From NCBI GenBank assembly GCA_963719495.1, contig CAVRCI010000002.1, forward strand, positions 480,001 to 544,000: DNA of 64,000 nt, given 5' to 3'. A model generated the notes under the pieces. The model searched no databases and was not told the origin of the DNA. It saw only the letters and a program-made list of their open reading frames with translations. Made by a program: the position numbers and the translations under genes. Numbering within the stretch: the stretch's first letter is position 1; each line of letters begins with the position of its first letter. Positions 28,171 through 37,142 of this stretch are shown here, piece after piece. The stretch is from an uncultured Verrucomicrobiae bacterium (lineage in GTDB: Bacteria > Verrucomicrobiota > Verrucomicrobiia > Chthoniobacterales > JAATET01).

Positions 28171-29961
28171 TCACGGCGCCTTGACCGGGGTGAATTCGAT
28201 TTGAAAGAGCCGGAGGGGTTCGTCGGTTGGCTTCGCGCCGGGTGCGGTGTCGAGCGCGATGGACAGCTCCGCGGCGTCCGGTGTGAACAGGGGCGGCGGA
28301 AACTTCAGATCGAGCCTTCCATCGGTCGTGGCGCGAACTTCGTTCGTCCCCGCGCGAATGGATAATGCGCACCCCGCGGGCGGGGCGTCCCGCCAGGTCA
28401 GTCGGATGAAGAACGACCGCTCAGCCGGAGTCCGGATCTGGTAGTGGGCCGCGTCCCCCGCGTGTCGCCAGCCTCGGAGATCCGAGATGGTGTTCTGGAG
28501 CTTCCCGTCCAGGCGGGCGGGGAGTTTCGCGGGAATGACGGTGGCTTGATCGGCGGCGAGGTCGATCCGAGGGGCGGTGAACGAATGCGGGGACTGTCGG
28601 ATGCCGACGAACCAATCCGTCAGCTCGGCCTCCAGCGCCGTGGCGACCTCGGGATGTTGATCGATCACGTTGGTGCTCTCGCCGGGGTCGAGGTGAAGGT
28701 CGACGAGGACCCGGGTCGGGTCGGCGTTTTCGCCCGCGGGGAGCGGATTGAGGAGTAATTTGAAGCGGCCTCGACGGACGGAGATTGGCTGATCGAGTGC
28801 TGCGAGTTCGGCTTTGGCCGCGGGGGTCACGGGATCGTATTCGCCGTCGATCCCGGTGGGCGTGTAGGGACGCTCGGACGTGATCCAGCCGGGATGCGCG
28901 TAGTTGAAGATCGGCTGGTCGCCGCCGTTTAGGTCGCCCATCGCCGCCTCCAGCAGCGGGCGACGGCTGGTGCCGTCGAGGGGTGGGTGATCGGCCGGCC
29001 ACGCGACCTGGCACCAATCGAGGATTGTCGGGAGCAGGTCGACTTGATCGAGCGGTGCCGCGACGATCCCGGGCGAGAGTCCCGCGGGCCAGTGAATGAG
29101 GAGGGGAGCGCGCACGCCGTTTTCCCACAGATCGCCCTTCCAGCCGCGGCGGGCACTGATTTTCCGAAGACTTCGCTCGCGGGGAGTGAGCAGGTCGTTG
29201 TTGATGGCCGGGCCGTTGTCGCTGGTGAAGATCAGCAGCGCGTCGTCGAGGCAATCCGTCGCCCGAAGGTGATCGACCAGGCGCCCGACGGCTTGATCCA
29301 AACTCGAGACCATCGCGTTGACCACGGCGAGATTCCCCGGCACACCGCGATCACGGTGGAAGTCGATCCAGTCCTCGGGGGCGAGCAGCGGGGTGTGCGG
29401 CGTGAGACTCGGGAGGTAGAGAAACGTCGGCTGGTCGCGGTGCCGATCCAGGAAATCGACCGCGTAATCGACGATCACGTCGTCGCACCATTTCTCGTGC
29501 GCGACGGGGCGACCGTTGAATTCGCCCCGCGTGTCTTCGTGTTTGTAGAGCTGGGCCGCGTAGGCTTCGTCGAAGCCCCGGTCCCACGGCGAATAACCCG
29601 GCAGCCGCCCGAGGTGCCATTTTCCCCACATGCCGGTCCGCCAATCCGCCGCGCGAAAGGCGTCCGCCAGCGTCCGCTCGTCGCGGTGGAGAAAATCCTT
29701 TCCGCCGTGGACGTGCGACACCCCGGTGCGCAGAAAGTGGCGGCCGGTGAGGAGGGTGGCGCGCGACGGAGCGCAAACGGGATTGACGTTGAAATCCACC
29801 ACGCGGATCGAATTTTTCGCGAGGGCGTCGAGGTTCGGGGTGTGTGCCAGCGGGTTCCCGTTGAACCCAAGATCGTCCGAGCCGAGGTCGTCGGCCTGGA
29901 TGATGATCACGCGGGCGGGCGGCGTTTCCGGAATCGGGGGGGGCATGGCAAGCGGGAACAT
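28171..29961 (-). CDS. Arylsulfatase with C-terminal beta-rich extension
   Basis: IQADDLG, CAPSR, GKWHLG, TSDNG, WENGVRAP; start at 29961 or 29946. Confidence 0.9.
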   Translation of the reverse strand: MFPLAMPPPIPETPPARVIIIQADDLGSDDLGFNGNPLAHTPNLDALAKNSIRVVDFNVNPVCAPSRATLLTGRHFLRTGVSHVHGGKDFLHRDERTLADAFRAADWRTGMWGKWHLGRLPGYSPWDRGFDEAYAAQLYKHEDTRGEFNGRPVAHEKWCDDVIVDYAVDFLDRHRDQPTFLYLPSLTPHTPLLAPEDWIDFHRDRGVPGNLAVVNAMVSSLDQAVGRLVDHLRATDCLDDALLIFTSDNGPAINNDLLTPRERSLRKISARRGWKGDLWENGVRAPLLIHWPAGLSPGIVAAPLDQVDLLPTILDWCQVAWPADHPPLDGTSRRPLLEAAMGDLNGGDQPIFNYAHPGWITSERPYTPTGIDGEYDPVTPAAKAELAALDQPISVRRGRFKLLLNPLPAGENADPTRVLVDLHLDPGESTNVIDQHPEVATALEAELTDWFVGIRQSPHSFTAPRIDLAADQATVIPAKLPARLDGKLQNTISDLRGWRHAGDAAHYQIRTPAERSFFIRLTWRDAPPAGCALSIRAGTNEVRATTDGRLDLKFPPPLFTPDAAELSIALDTAPGAKPTDEPLRLFQIEFTPVKAP

Positions 29962-29990
29962 GGGAGGAGGGGGGAAGGGGGGGGCGGCAA

Positions 29991-31019
29991 CTACCGGGCT
30001 GCTCGCCTGGCTTTTCGCAAACTGTCGGTGTGCCGGAAGTCGTGCTCGACGACGGTCTGGATGGGATTTGCCGGTTTTCCGAAGTGGCCTTCGCGCAGCA
30101 TGCTGTTGATCTGGCGGACGGCCTGGACGCCGAGGGCGCGGTCGTTGGCGAGGATGCCGGACATGGATTTCATCGAGGGATTGTCGGGCGACATGTAAAC
30201 GAACGCGACGGGCGGGATCTTGCGGCGGCGCTTCTGATAGATGGTTTCGAGCAGCGCGTGGCGATCGAGGCTCTGCACGAGAAAGGCGTCGGGCGAGTGC
30301 TTCGTGATGTAAGCCGATAGCGCCTTCTCGTCGCCCTCGTGCCAGTCGAAGATGGGGAGCAGGCGGTCGCCAAATTCCGTTAGCCGCCGCGCGCCCTCGA
30401 CACCGGCGAACTGCCCCATCGCGTCGCGGTGGCGCGAGATGCGGGAATTGAAGACGAATCCGATCCTCTCGAATCCCTCCGCGGCCATGATCGTGAGCGC
30501 GTTCTCGACCGCGGCCAGCCAGCTCACCCGCACCTCGTCGAACGGAAACGGCGTCACGTTCGTCTCGCAGCCGACCACCGCGTAGCGTTCCCAGCGCAGA
30601 TCGAATTCGAACGGCGCGCGAAAGATCGTGCCGAAGATCAGTCCGCGAATCCCCCGCGAATACAGCGTCCGGTCGAGGTGGGTGGCGCTCTGGAATTCCG
30701 CCACGTTGAAGGACTGGAGCGAATAGCCGAGCCGCTCGGCGTGCTCGCTGCCTGCTGTGATGCAGACCTTGTCCTGCCCCGGGATGCGGGCGTCGTGGAG
30801 GAATGCGATCACCTCGTTCACCGCCTTGCGCGTCGTGCGGAAACGGCTGGCCGCGATGGCCGACAGCGTCGGATTGTTCCGATAGCCCATCTCGGCCGCG
30901 GTCGCCAGCACCAGCTCGCGGGTGGCGCGGGCGACGATGGGGTCGCCGCGCAGCGCCTTCGAGACGGTGCAATTGCTGAGGTCGAGGCGCTTGGCGATGT
31001 CGTTCTGGGAGCAAATCAT
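29991..31019 (-). CDS. LacI-family transcriptional regulator
   Basis: N-terminal HTH (SQNDIAKRLDLSNCTVSKALRG...AAEMGY) followed by a sugar-binding-type domain; ATG at 31019. Confidence 0.88.
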   Translation of the reverse strand: MICSQNDIAKRLDLSNCTVSKALRGDPIVARATRELVLATAAEMGYRNNPTLSAIAASRFRTTRKAVNEVIAFLHDARIPGQDKVCITAGSEHAERLGYSLQSFNVAEFQSATHLDRTLYSRGIRGLIFGTIFRAPFEFDLRWERYAVVGCETNVTPFPFDEVRVSWLAAVENALTIMAAEGFERIGFVFNSRISRHRDAMGQFAGVEGARRLTEFGDRLLPIFDWHEGDEKALSAYITKHSPDAFLVQSLDRHALLETIYQKRRRKIPPVAFVYMSPDNPSMKSMSGILANDRALGVQAVRQINSMLREGHFGKPANPIQTVVEHDFRHTDSLRKARRAAR

Positions 31020-31031
31020 GGGGAGAAATTG

Positions 31032-31041
31032 TAACGGCTTA
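31032..31041 (+). promoter_or_regulatory. Putative autoregulatory operator TAACGGCTTA, 12 bp upstream of the LacI start
   Basis: Exact consensus copy. Confidence 0.75.
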
Positions 31042-31090
31042 TCGTCGGTGGCTCCTTTCCCGGTCGCAACCGAAAACCTGCCGGCTCGCG

Positions 31091-33046
31091 TCACTGGTGG
31101 CCGTTCGCGGCGGCGGGTGGAGCCGGAGCGAAGTCGAGCACCGTGATCGAGACCGGCGGGAGCGTGACGGGGCCGATGCCGTCCGCGAAATCGAAGGGCG
31201 CCGCGCCCGCCCACGTCGGCTCGGTGTCGTCGGGTCCGCTCCCGGAGAATTCCCACCGCGCCGCCGACGCGGCGACGGTCCCGCCGGTGACCTCGAGGTC
31301 CACGGTCCGCGAGCCGGTGTCTTTGTTGACGAGAAAAACGGCGAGTCCCCCCGCGTCGGAGCGCGTGGCGAAGGCGCGAATCCCCGGCGTCTCGCCGCTG
31401 ACGGCGACCATTTCGTCTCCGAGGAATTGACCGAGGATGGCGAGTGCCCGCCCGGTGGCGTTCGGGTTGCCGACCTTGTCGAGGGCGTCGGACACTTCCG
31501 GTTCCGCTCCGGTGCCGGCGACCGTGGCCACCGAGAAGTCGTCCACGAGAAGCGCACCGCCCGCCTCGCTCTGCACCCAGAGCCGCACCGAGTCGAAGCG
31601 GGCGGGCGAGGTGACGGTCGCGCTCGAGCGGGCGTAGTCGCCGCCCTCGGCGTTGGCTTTGGCCTCGGTTTGAGAGTCGCCGTCGAGAAACGTGAGGCCC
31701 GCCACGCCCCACTTCGCCGCGTCTTCCTTGCGACCGAAGTAGCTGAACTCGTAGCCGGTATTCGGCTGGAAGCGTTCGCGTGGCAGGGACCGAAAGTGGT
31801 AGCCGCCGGTCGTGCGCAGCGCATTCCCGCCCGAATGCGCGTCGTTCGAAACGCCGAGGTTGGCGTTCGATCCCCAATCGGCACCGCCGCGTTCCAGGCC
31901 CGGATCGTCGGAGGCGGCGAGCGCCTCGATGCCCGGTGTCCTCGATTCACCCGCGATGCGTCCGTCGTCGTTGTGGATCCACCGTGAGTTCCAGAGCAGG
32001 GCGTAGCGGACGTAGTCGAGTTCGACGTGGCGGGCGAGGATCTCGAACGTGGCGATGGCCTTGCCGAGGGTGTTGACGTTGGCCCACTCGAAGGGTTCCT
32101 CGAAATCGAGCGCGCCGGTCTCGGTGAGCGTCACGTAGAGCCGGTCGCGGTCGGCGGCATCGGGCAGAGCGTCGATGGCGGCCTTTGCGACATTCTGGAC
32201 TTCGTTGACGATGATGGAATCGTACGCCGCCGTCCGGTAAGCCTCGTAGCTGGAGATTTCGTGGAGGGGATAGGAGTGCACCTCCAGGAAGTCGACGTCC
32301 GCGACCGCGATGGCGAGGACGTCGTCGAACCATTGCCTGCTGTGGCCGTTGATGCCGACGTGGATCGTGGGGTCGACCGCCTTCATGGCTCGCGAAAACT
32401 CGACCGCGTCCCGGGCGTAGGTCGCGGCCCCCGGATTTTCGCCCGCGTAGCTTTCGCCGTAGTCAGTCTCGTTCCCGAGTGTCCAATGCCGGATGCCGTA
32501 GCCTTTGGTGACGTTCGCGTAGCGCACCCACTCGACCGCGTTTCGGAGGAGCCGCGCCCGGGAGGGCGGGGTCTCGGTGCCGCTGGCTGGCTTGTATTGA
32601 CTGTCGAACGCCACGCAGATCATGGGTTCCGCCCCGGCTTCGCGGCACAGCGTCATGAATTCGTCGAAGTCCAACGTCGCCGCCTTCGCGGTCTCGCCGT
32701 CGCTTTCGTAAAAACGATCGTCGCCCGTCGGCCAGGCGTGAACGCGGGCGGCGTGCGGGGCGGCGGACTTCCAGGGTGCGACGCTCCAGAGGTAGTTCTC
32801 CGATTTCTCACCACCGGGATACCGAAGGTAGCCCACCCGCAGCGAGGCCAGGGCGTCGGCGGTGCGGGTCGTGCGCGCCACCCGCGCGTCGTCGTCCATG
32901 AGGTAGCTGACGTTCAGCCCGATGGGGCGGTGTGAGACCTCGGCGATTCGGTCGGACAGGTCGACCCGGAGCGTCTGGCCACAGGCGATCGAGGCGGCGA
33001 GGCTGGCGATGGCGAGTTGGACGGGGGCGGAGCGGATCGGATTCAT
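31091..33046 (-). CDS. GH51/GH44-like clan A glycoside hydrolase with inserted CBM4/9-like domain
   Basis: Signal peptide; LRYPGGE, WTLGNE, HSY, TETG; DPGLE...AHSG...VDDF insert; PPVSIT end. Confidence 0.7.
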   Translation of the reverse strand: MNPIRSAPVQLAIASLAASIACGQTLRVDLSDRIAEVSHRPIGLNVSYLMDDDARVARTTRTADALASLRVGYLRYPGGEKSENYLWSVAPWKSAAPHAARVHAWPTGDDRFYESDGETAKAATLDFDEFMTLCREAGAEPMICVAFDSQYKPASGTETPPSRARLLRNAVEWVRYANVTKGYGIRHWTLGNETDYGESYAGENPGAATYARDAVEFSRAMKAVDPTIHVGINGHSRQWFDDVLAIAVADVDFLEVHSYPLHEISSYEAYRTAAYDSIIVNEVQNVAKAAIDALPDAADRDRLYVTLTETGALDFEEPFEWANVNTLGKAIATFEILARHVELDYVRYALLWNSRWIHNDDGRIAGESRTPGIEALAASDDPGLERGGADWGSNANLGVSNDAHSGGNALRTTGGYHFRSLPRERFQPNTGYEFSYFGRKEDAAKWGVAGLTFLDGDSQTEAKANAEGGDYARSSATVTSPARFDSVRLWVQSEAGGALLVDDFSVATVAGTGAEPEVSDALDKVGNPNATGRALAILGQFLGDEMVAVSGETPGIRAFATRSDAGGLAVFLVNKDTGSRTVDLEVTGGTVAASAARWEFSGSGPDDTEPTWAGAAPFDFADGIGPVTLPPVSITVLDFAPAPPAAANGHQ

Positions 33047-33127
33047 GGAGTTCGGGGCGCGGGCACGCCGGGGGAGGGGGGGGACGTGGAATGCATCGCG
33101 GATTGAGATTCCATCAGCGAAAAGTAA

Positions 33128-33137
33128 TAACGGCTTA
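33128..33137 (+). promoter_or_regulatory. Putative operator TAACGGCTTA between divergent genes
   Basis: Exact consensus copy in an AT-rich intergenic patch. Confidence 0.72.
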
Positions 33138-33207
33138 ATATTCAAATGTCTCGTTCGGTCCTCGGACGCAAACGGATATTACGAAACTCCCCACTCCGAC
33201 CTTCCGC

Positions 33208-34989
33208 ATGCAACTCGACCTCTCCCGTTCCCCGTTCAGCGCCTACGGGTCGCTGCTTTGCTTCAGCGTTCTGCCGCCGGATTGGAAGCGGCCCGGCGTG
33301 GTGCTGCGCAACGTGCGCGGCGTCTTCGGCATGCGCGAATTGTTTGCGATCAAGCTGCTGGTCGGCGGCGAGGAATGGGAAGCCGAGGTCGACGCGACGC
33401 CGTCCTGCCTGACGCTTCGGGCCGCTGGGGCGACGGCGGAGTTCGTTTTTTCCGCGCCGGAGACATTGCGCATTCGGGTGAGTGGCGGCGCGCTGGCGCT
33501 GTATTCCGACCCTTCGACCCGGGCCAATCTCCTGCCGACCAGCGATCACTCGTGGCGACTGCGGATGGAGCGCACGTCCGGCCATTACCTGCTCACGAGC
33601 CTTCACGGATCGGTCGAGGCCGAGCGCCTGCCGCCGCCGGCGGACGGTCCGGCTCCCAAGAAGAACAAACCCGCGCCCGCCTCGTTGCGGCTCGTGCTCC
33701 AGCCCGACGCCGAGGGTCGGCTCGAGATGGCGCTCGAGGAATTCGTCGTGCAGGAGCGCCTCGTCGGGCTGGGGGGGACGTTCGACGAATGCCGGGCCAG
33801 CGCCGAGGCGTGGTGGTCCGATTGGCTCGAGCGTATCCCGGAGGTGCCCGCGGACTTCCGCCCCGCCGCCCGGCTCGCCCGCTACGTGAACGGCTCGGCG
33901 GTCGTCAACGTCACCGGTGCGCTCCGGCGTCCCACGATGTTGATGAGCAAGAATTGGATGAACCAATGCTGGACGTGGGACCATTGCTTCAACGCCATCG
34001 CCCACGCCGCGAGCGAACCCGACCTCGCGTGGGACCAGTGGCTCGTCCCGTTCGATTTCATGCAGCCTTCCGGCGCGCTGCCGGATTCCGTGACGACCGC
34101 GCAACCGACCTGGCTGGCCGCGAAGCCGCCGATTCACGGTTGGGCACTCGGTTGGATGGAGCGGCTCGGGGGTCCGCTCTCGCAGGATCGCGTCGAGACG
34201 GCCTACGACTACCTCAGCCGCTGGACGCATTGGTGGCTGGAGTGCCGCGACGCCGACGGCGACGGGTTGCCGGAGTATCACGACGGGTGCGATTCCGGCT
34301 GGGACAATGCGACGGTCTTTCTGCGGGATCAGGCGGTGGCCTCGCCCGATTTGCCGAGTTACCTCGTTCTCCAAATGGACACCCTGGCCGACCTCGCGAC
34401 GCGGCTCGGACGCCACGCCGCCGCCGCGCAGTGGCGCGCGGCATCCGCCGCCATGCTCGAGCGGCTGCTCGGTCGGCTCTGGGAAGGCGACCGCTTCGTG
34501 TCGCGCGAGGCGTTCACGGGCGAGGCGTGCGACGACGGCGACAGTCTCATCAATTTTCTCCCGATCATCCTCGGCGACCGATTACCCGCCGCGCACCGCG
34601 AGGCGCTGGCCGAGGGGCTGCGAGTCGGCGGGCGGTTCGTCACGGAGTTCGGTCCCGCGACCGAGAGCGTGCGGAGTCCGTTTTTCCATCAAGATGGATA
34701 TTGGCAGGGCGCGATCTGGCCGCCCGTCACGATGATGCTCGTCGACGGCCTGGACCGCGCGGGCTTCCCGGAGCAGGCCCGCGAGATGGCTCGAAACTAC
34801 TGCGCGATGTGTCAGGACGAAGGGATGTCGGAGAATTACAGCCCGCTCACGGGCGTCGCCCAGAGCGACCGCGCCTACACGTGGGGGTCCTCGGTTTTTC
34901 TCGTTCTGGCGGGTGAATACCTCCGCGCTGAGAGCGCCGGGTCCTCGGCGGTCGAGTCGACCGAGTCTCTCGCCCTGGCGACGAATTGA
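33208..34989 (+). CDS. (alpha/alpha)6-barrel glycoside hydrolase, GH63/MGH1-like
   Basis: WTWDHCF, KPPIHGW, DSGWDN, YWQGAIW, ENY motifs. Confidence 0.8.
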   Translation: MQLDLSRSPFSAYGSLLCFSVLPPDWKRPGVVLRNVRGVFGMRELFAIKLLVGGEEWEAEVDATPSCLTLRAAGATAEFVFSAPETLRIRVSGGALALYSDPSTRANLLPTSDHSWRLRMERTSGHYLLTSLHGSVEAERLPPPADGPAPKKNKPAPASLRLVLQPDAEGRLEMALEEFVVQERLVGLGGTFDECRASAEAWWSDWLERIPEVPADFRPAARLARYVNGSAVVNVTGALRRPTMLMSKNWMNQCWTWDHCFNAIAHAASEPDLAWDQWLVPFDFMQPSGALPDSVTTAQPTWLAAKPPIHGWALGWMERLGGPLSQDRVETAYDYLSRWTHWWLECRDADGDGLPEYHDGCDSGWDNATVFLRDQAVASPDLPSYLVLQMDTLADLATRLGRHAAAAQWRAASAAMLERLLGRLWEGDRFVSREAFTGEACDDGDSLINFLPIILGDRLPAAHREALAEGLRVGGRFVTEFGPATESVRSPFFHQDGYWQGAIWPPVTMMLVDGLDRAGFPEQAREMARNYCAMCQDEGMSENYSPLTGVAQSDRAYTWGSSVFLVLAGEYLRAESAGSSAVESTESLALATN

Positions 34990-37127
34990 ATCCCGCACCA
35001 ACCAGTCCGGACCCCGCCGACCCGACGGGAAAAACGCCGCTTACCGGTCCCGGCGGGAAGGTCCCGCCCGGCGAAGACGCTTCCAAGGGCGAGGTGTGGC
35101 TCTACGCCTTCGGGAACATCGAGTCTGCCATCGCGGACAATTTCCCGAACGTCCTCAAGAATATCATGGTCGTCGCCATGCACGTGAACCCGCTGCTCAT
35201 CGGGCTCATCCTCGGCATCAAGACGCTCTGGGACAGCGTGACCGACCCCTTCATGGCCTACGTGACCGACAACACGCGGTCGCGCTGGGGCCGCCGTCGC
35301 CCCTACATCCTCACCGGCGGCGTCGCGCGCGTTTCGCTCCTCGTCGTGCTCGCCGCCTTCATGCCGACCGGCAGCAACCTGTCGCCCAACGCCGTGATGG
35401 AGGCGCAGAAGCACGCGGGCGACGCGATCACCATCGCCAACCGCAACCAGCAGATCGCCGCAGAATCCTACACCGCGCTCGCCACCGCCGACGCCGCGAA
35501 GCGGGAGAAACTGCTCGCCGAATTCGCCGAGATCCCGCCGTCCTCCCTCGAAGCCTTCGCGACCATCGAGTCGAATCAATCGGTCCTCCGCGACGAATCC
35601 GCGAACCGCGCCGCCGACCTCGCCAGCGAGCGTGAGGCCGTGAAACGACTCGGCGACCAGTCCAGCCAGAATCTCAACCTCGACGACACGCTCGAGGTCC
35701 CCGCCAGCGGGGTCGCCTCCGCCGAGGGGAAATTCAAGCGCGCCCAGGATCTCGTCGACCGCGCCGTCGCCGCGCAGCGCCGCGCCATCGCGGCGGAATA
35801 CGTCGCCCGCCACGTCCTCGAGGTGGCGGGCGTGGAACCCGACACCGGGCTGGGGGAATTGTCCGCCGTGCAGCCGCGCGCCGACGAAGCCTTCGCCGAA
35901 GCGGGTCTCGAGCCGCTCGACATCTTCGCCTACGAGAAACCGCCGCCGCCGACGAAGACGCCGCCCAAGGGCATGATCGCCGGCATCACCGACGGGTTCG
36001 CCGCCTTTCTCGCGCCCGAGAACGCGGGTCAGCGCACGCTCATCGTCTACGTCCTCGTCGGCTTCCTCCTCTTCACGACGCTCACGACCGTGCAGTCCGT
36101 GCCGTATTACGCGCTCGGGATCGAGTTGAGTCCGTCCTACGACGGACGCACCCGCGTGGTGACCTACCGCGCGATCATGAACAAAGTCGCCGGCCTCGTG
36201 CAGCCCTGGGTGCCGGTGTTCTGCTTTTCGCTCATCTTCGTCAACGCCATCGACGGCCTCTTCTGGGTCGCCGTCTTCGCGTGGATCATCGGCGTTCCGA
36301 GCACCGTCCTCATGTGCTGGTTCACGCGGGAGCGCACCCAGACCCAAGCCAAGAAGCCGAGTCAGCGCGAGGGGATTTTCACCGCCATGTGGCAGGTCAC
36401 GCGCAATCGCCATTTTCTCAAAATCTTCGGCCTCTATTGGTTCATCGGCCTGACCAACGGCATTTTCGGCCAGATCGGATTCTACCTCAACGTCTACTGG
36501 GTGACCGGCTCGGCGCTCTCCGGCGCGACGCTCGCCGCCTGGGTCGCCATGATCGCGTGGGGCACGAGTTTCCTCTGTCTGCCGCTCATCCAGTGGGGCT
36601 GCAAGCGTTTCCAGAAGCACCAGGTCCTCATGGTCGCGTTGCTCTGGATGTCGATCGGCACCGCGATGAAGTGGTGGCTCATGGACCCCGATCACCCCGA
36701 GTATCAGTTCGTGCTGCCGTTCTTCTTCTCCGCCGGGATCGCGTCCGTTTACACGATTCTGCCGACGATGATGGCCGACGTCACCGACGTGGACGAACTC
36801 AACAACGGCTTCCGGCGCGAGGGCATGTTCGGCGCGATGATGGCGTTTCTCATGAAAATGGTTGCCACCTTCACGCCCATCCTCGCCGGTGCCGTCCTCG
36901 TGATCGCGGGCTTCGATCCCGCGCTGGAATACGCCCAGCGCCCCGAGACCATCCTCTGGATGCGGCTCATGTATTCCTTCATCCCAGCCGTCCTCCTCCT
37001 CCTCGCGCTCCTCATGCTCTGGCGTTACCCGCTCACCCGCGAGCGCGTCGAAGAAATCAAGGAGCAGCTCCGCCTCCGCCACGAAGCCGAGGATTCGCCC
37101 GACGACGCCCCGCCGCAATCCGCCTAG
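34986..37127 (+). CDS. GPH/MelB-type MFS sugar symporter with large soluble insertion
   Basis: WDSVTDP, DNTRSRWGRRRPY, PYYALG.ELS, MMADVTDVDE, RREG motifs; 713 aa. Confidence 0.88.
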   Translation: MNPAPTSPDPADPTGKTPLTGPGGKVPPGEDASKGEVWLYAFGNIESAIADNFPNVLKNIMVVAMHVNPLLIGLILGIKTLWDSVTDPFMAYVTDNTRSRWGRRRPYILTGGVARVSLLVVLAAFMPTGSNLSPNAVMEAQKHAGDAITIANRNQQIAAESYTALATADAAKREKLLAEFAEIPPSSLEAFATIESNQSVLRDESANRAADLASEREAVKRLGDQSSQNLNLDDTLEVPASGVASAEGKFKRAQDLVDRAVAAQRRAIAAEYVARHVLEVAGVEPDTGLGELSAVQPRADEAFAEAGLEPLDIFAYEKPPPPTKTPPKGMIAGITDGFAAFLAPENAGQRTLIVYVLVGFLLFTTLTTVQSVPYYALGIELSPSYDGRTRVVTYRAIMNKVAGLVQPWVPVFCFSLIFVNAIDGLFWVAVFAWIIGVPSTVLMCWFTRERTQTQAKKPSQREGIFTAMWQVTRNRHFLKIFGLYWFIGLTNGIFGQIGFYLNVYWVTGSALSGATLAAWVAMIAWGTSFLCLPLIQWGCKRFQKHQVLMVALLWMSIGTAMKWWLMDPDHPEYQFVLPFFFSAGIASVYTILPTMMADVTDVDELNNGFRREGMFGAMMAFLMKMVATFTPILAGAVLVIAGFDPALEYAQRPETILWMRLMYSFIPAVLLLLALLMLWRYPLTRERVEEIKEQLRLRHEAEDSPDDAPPQSA

Positions 37128-37142
37128 AAAAAACTTCCGACC

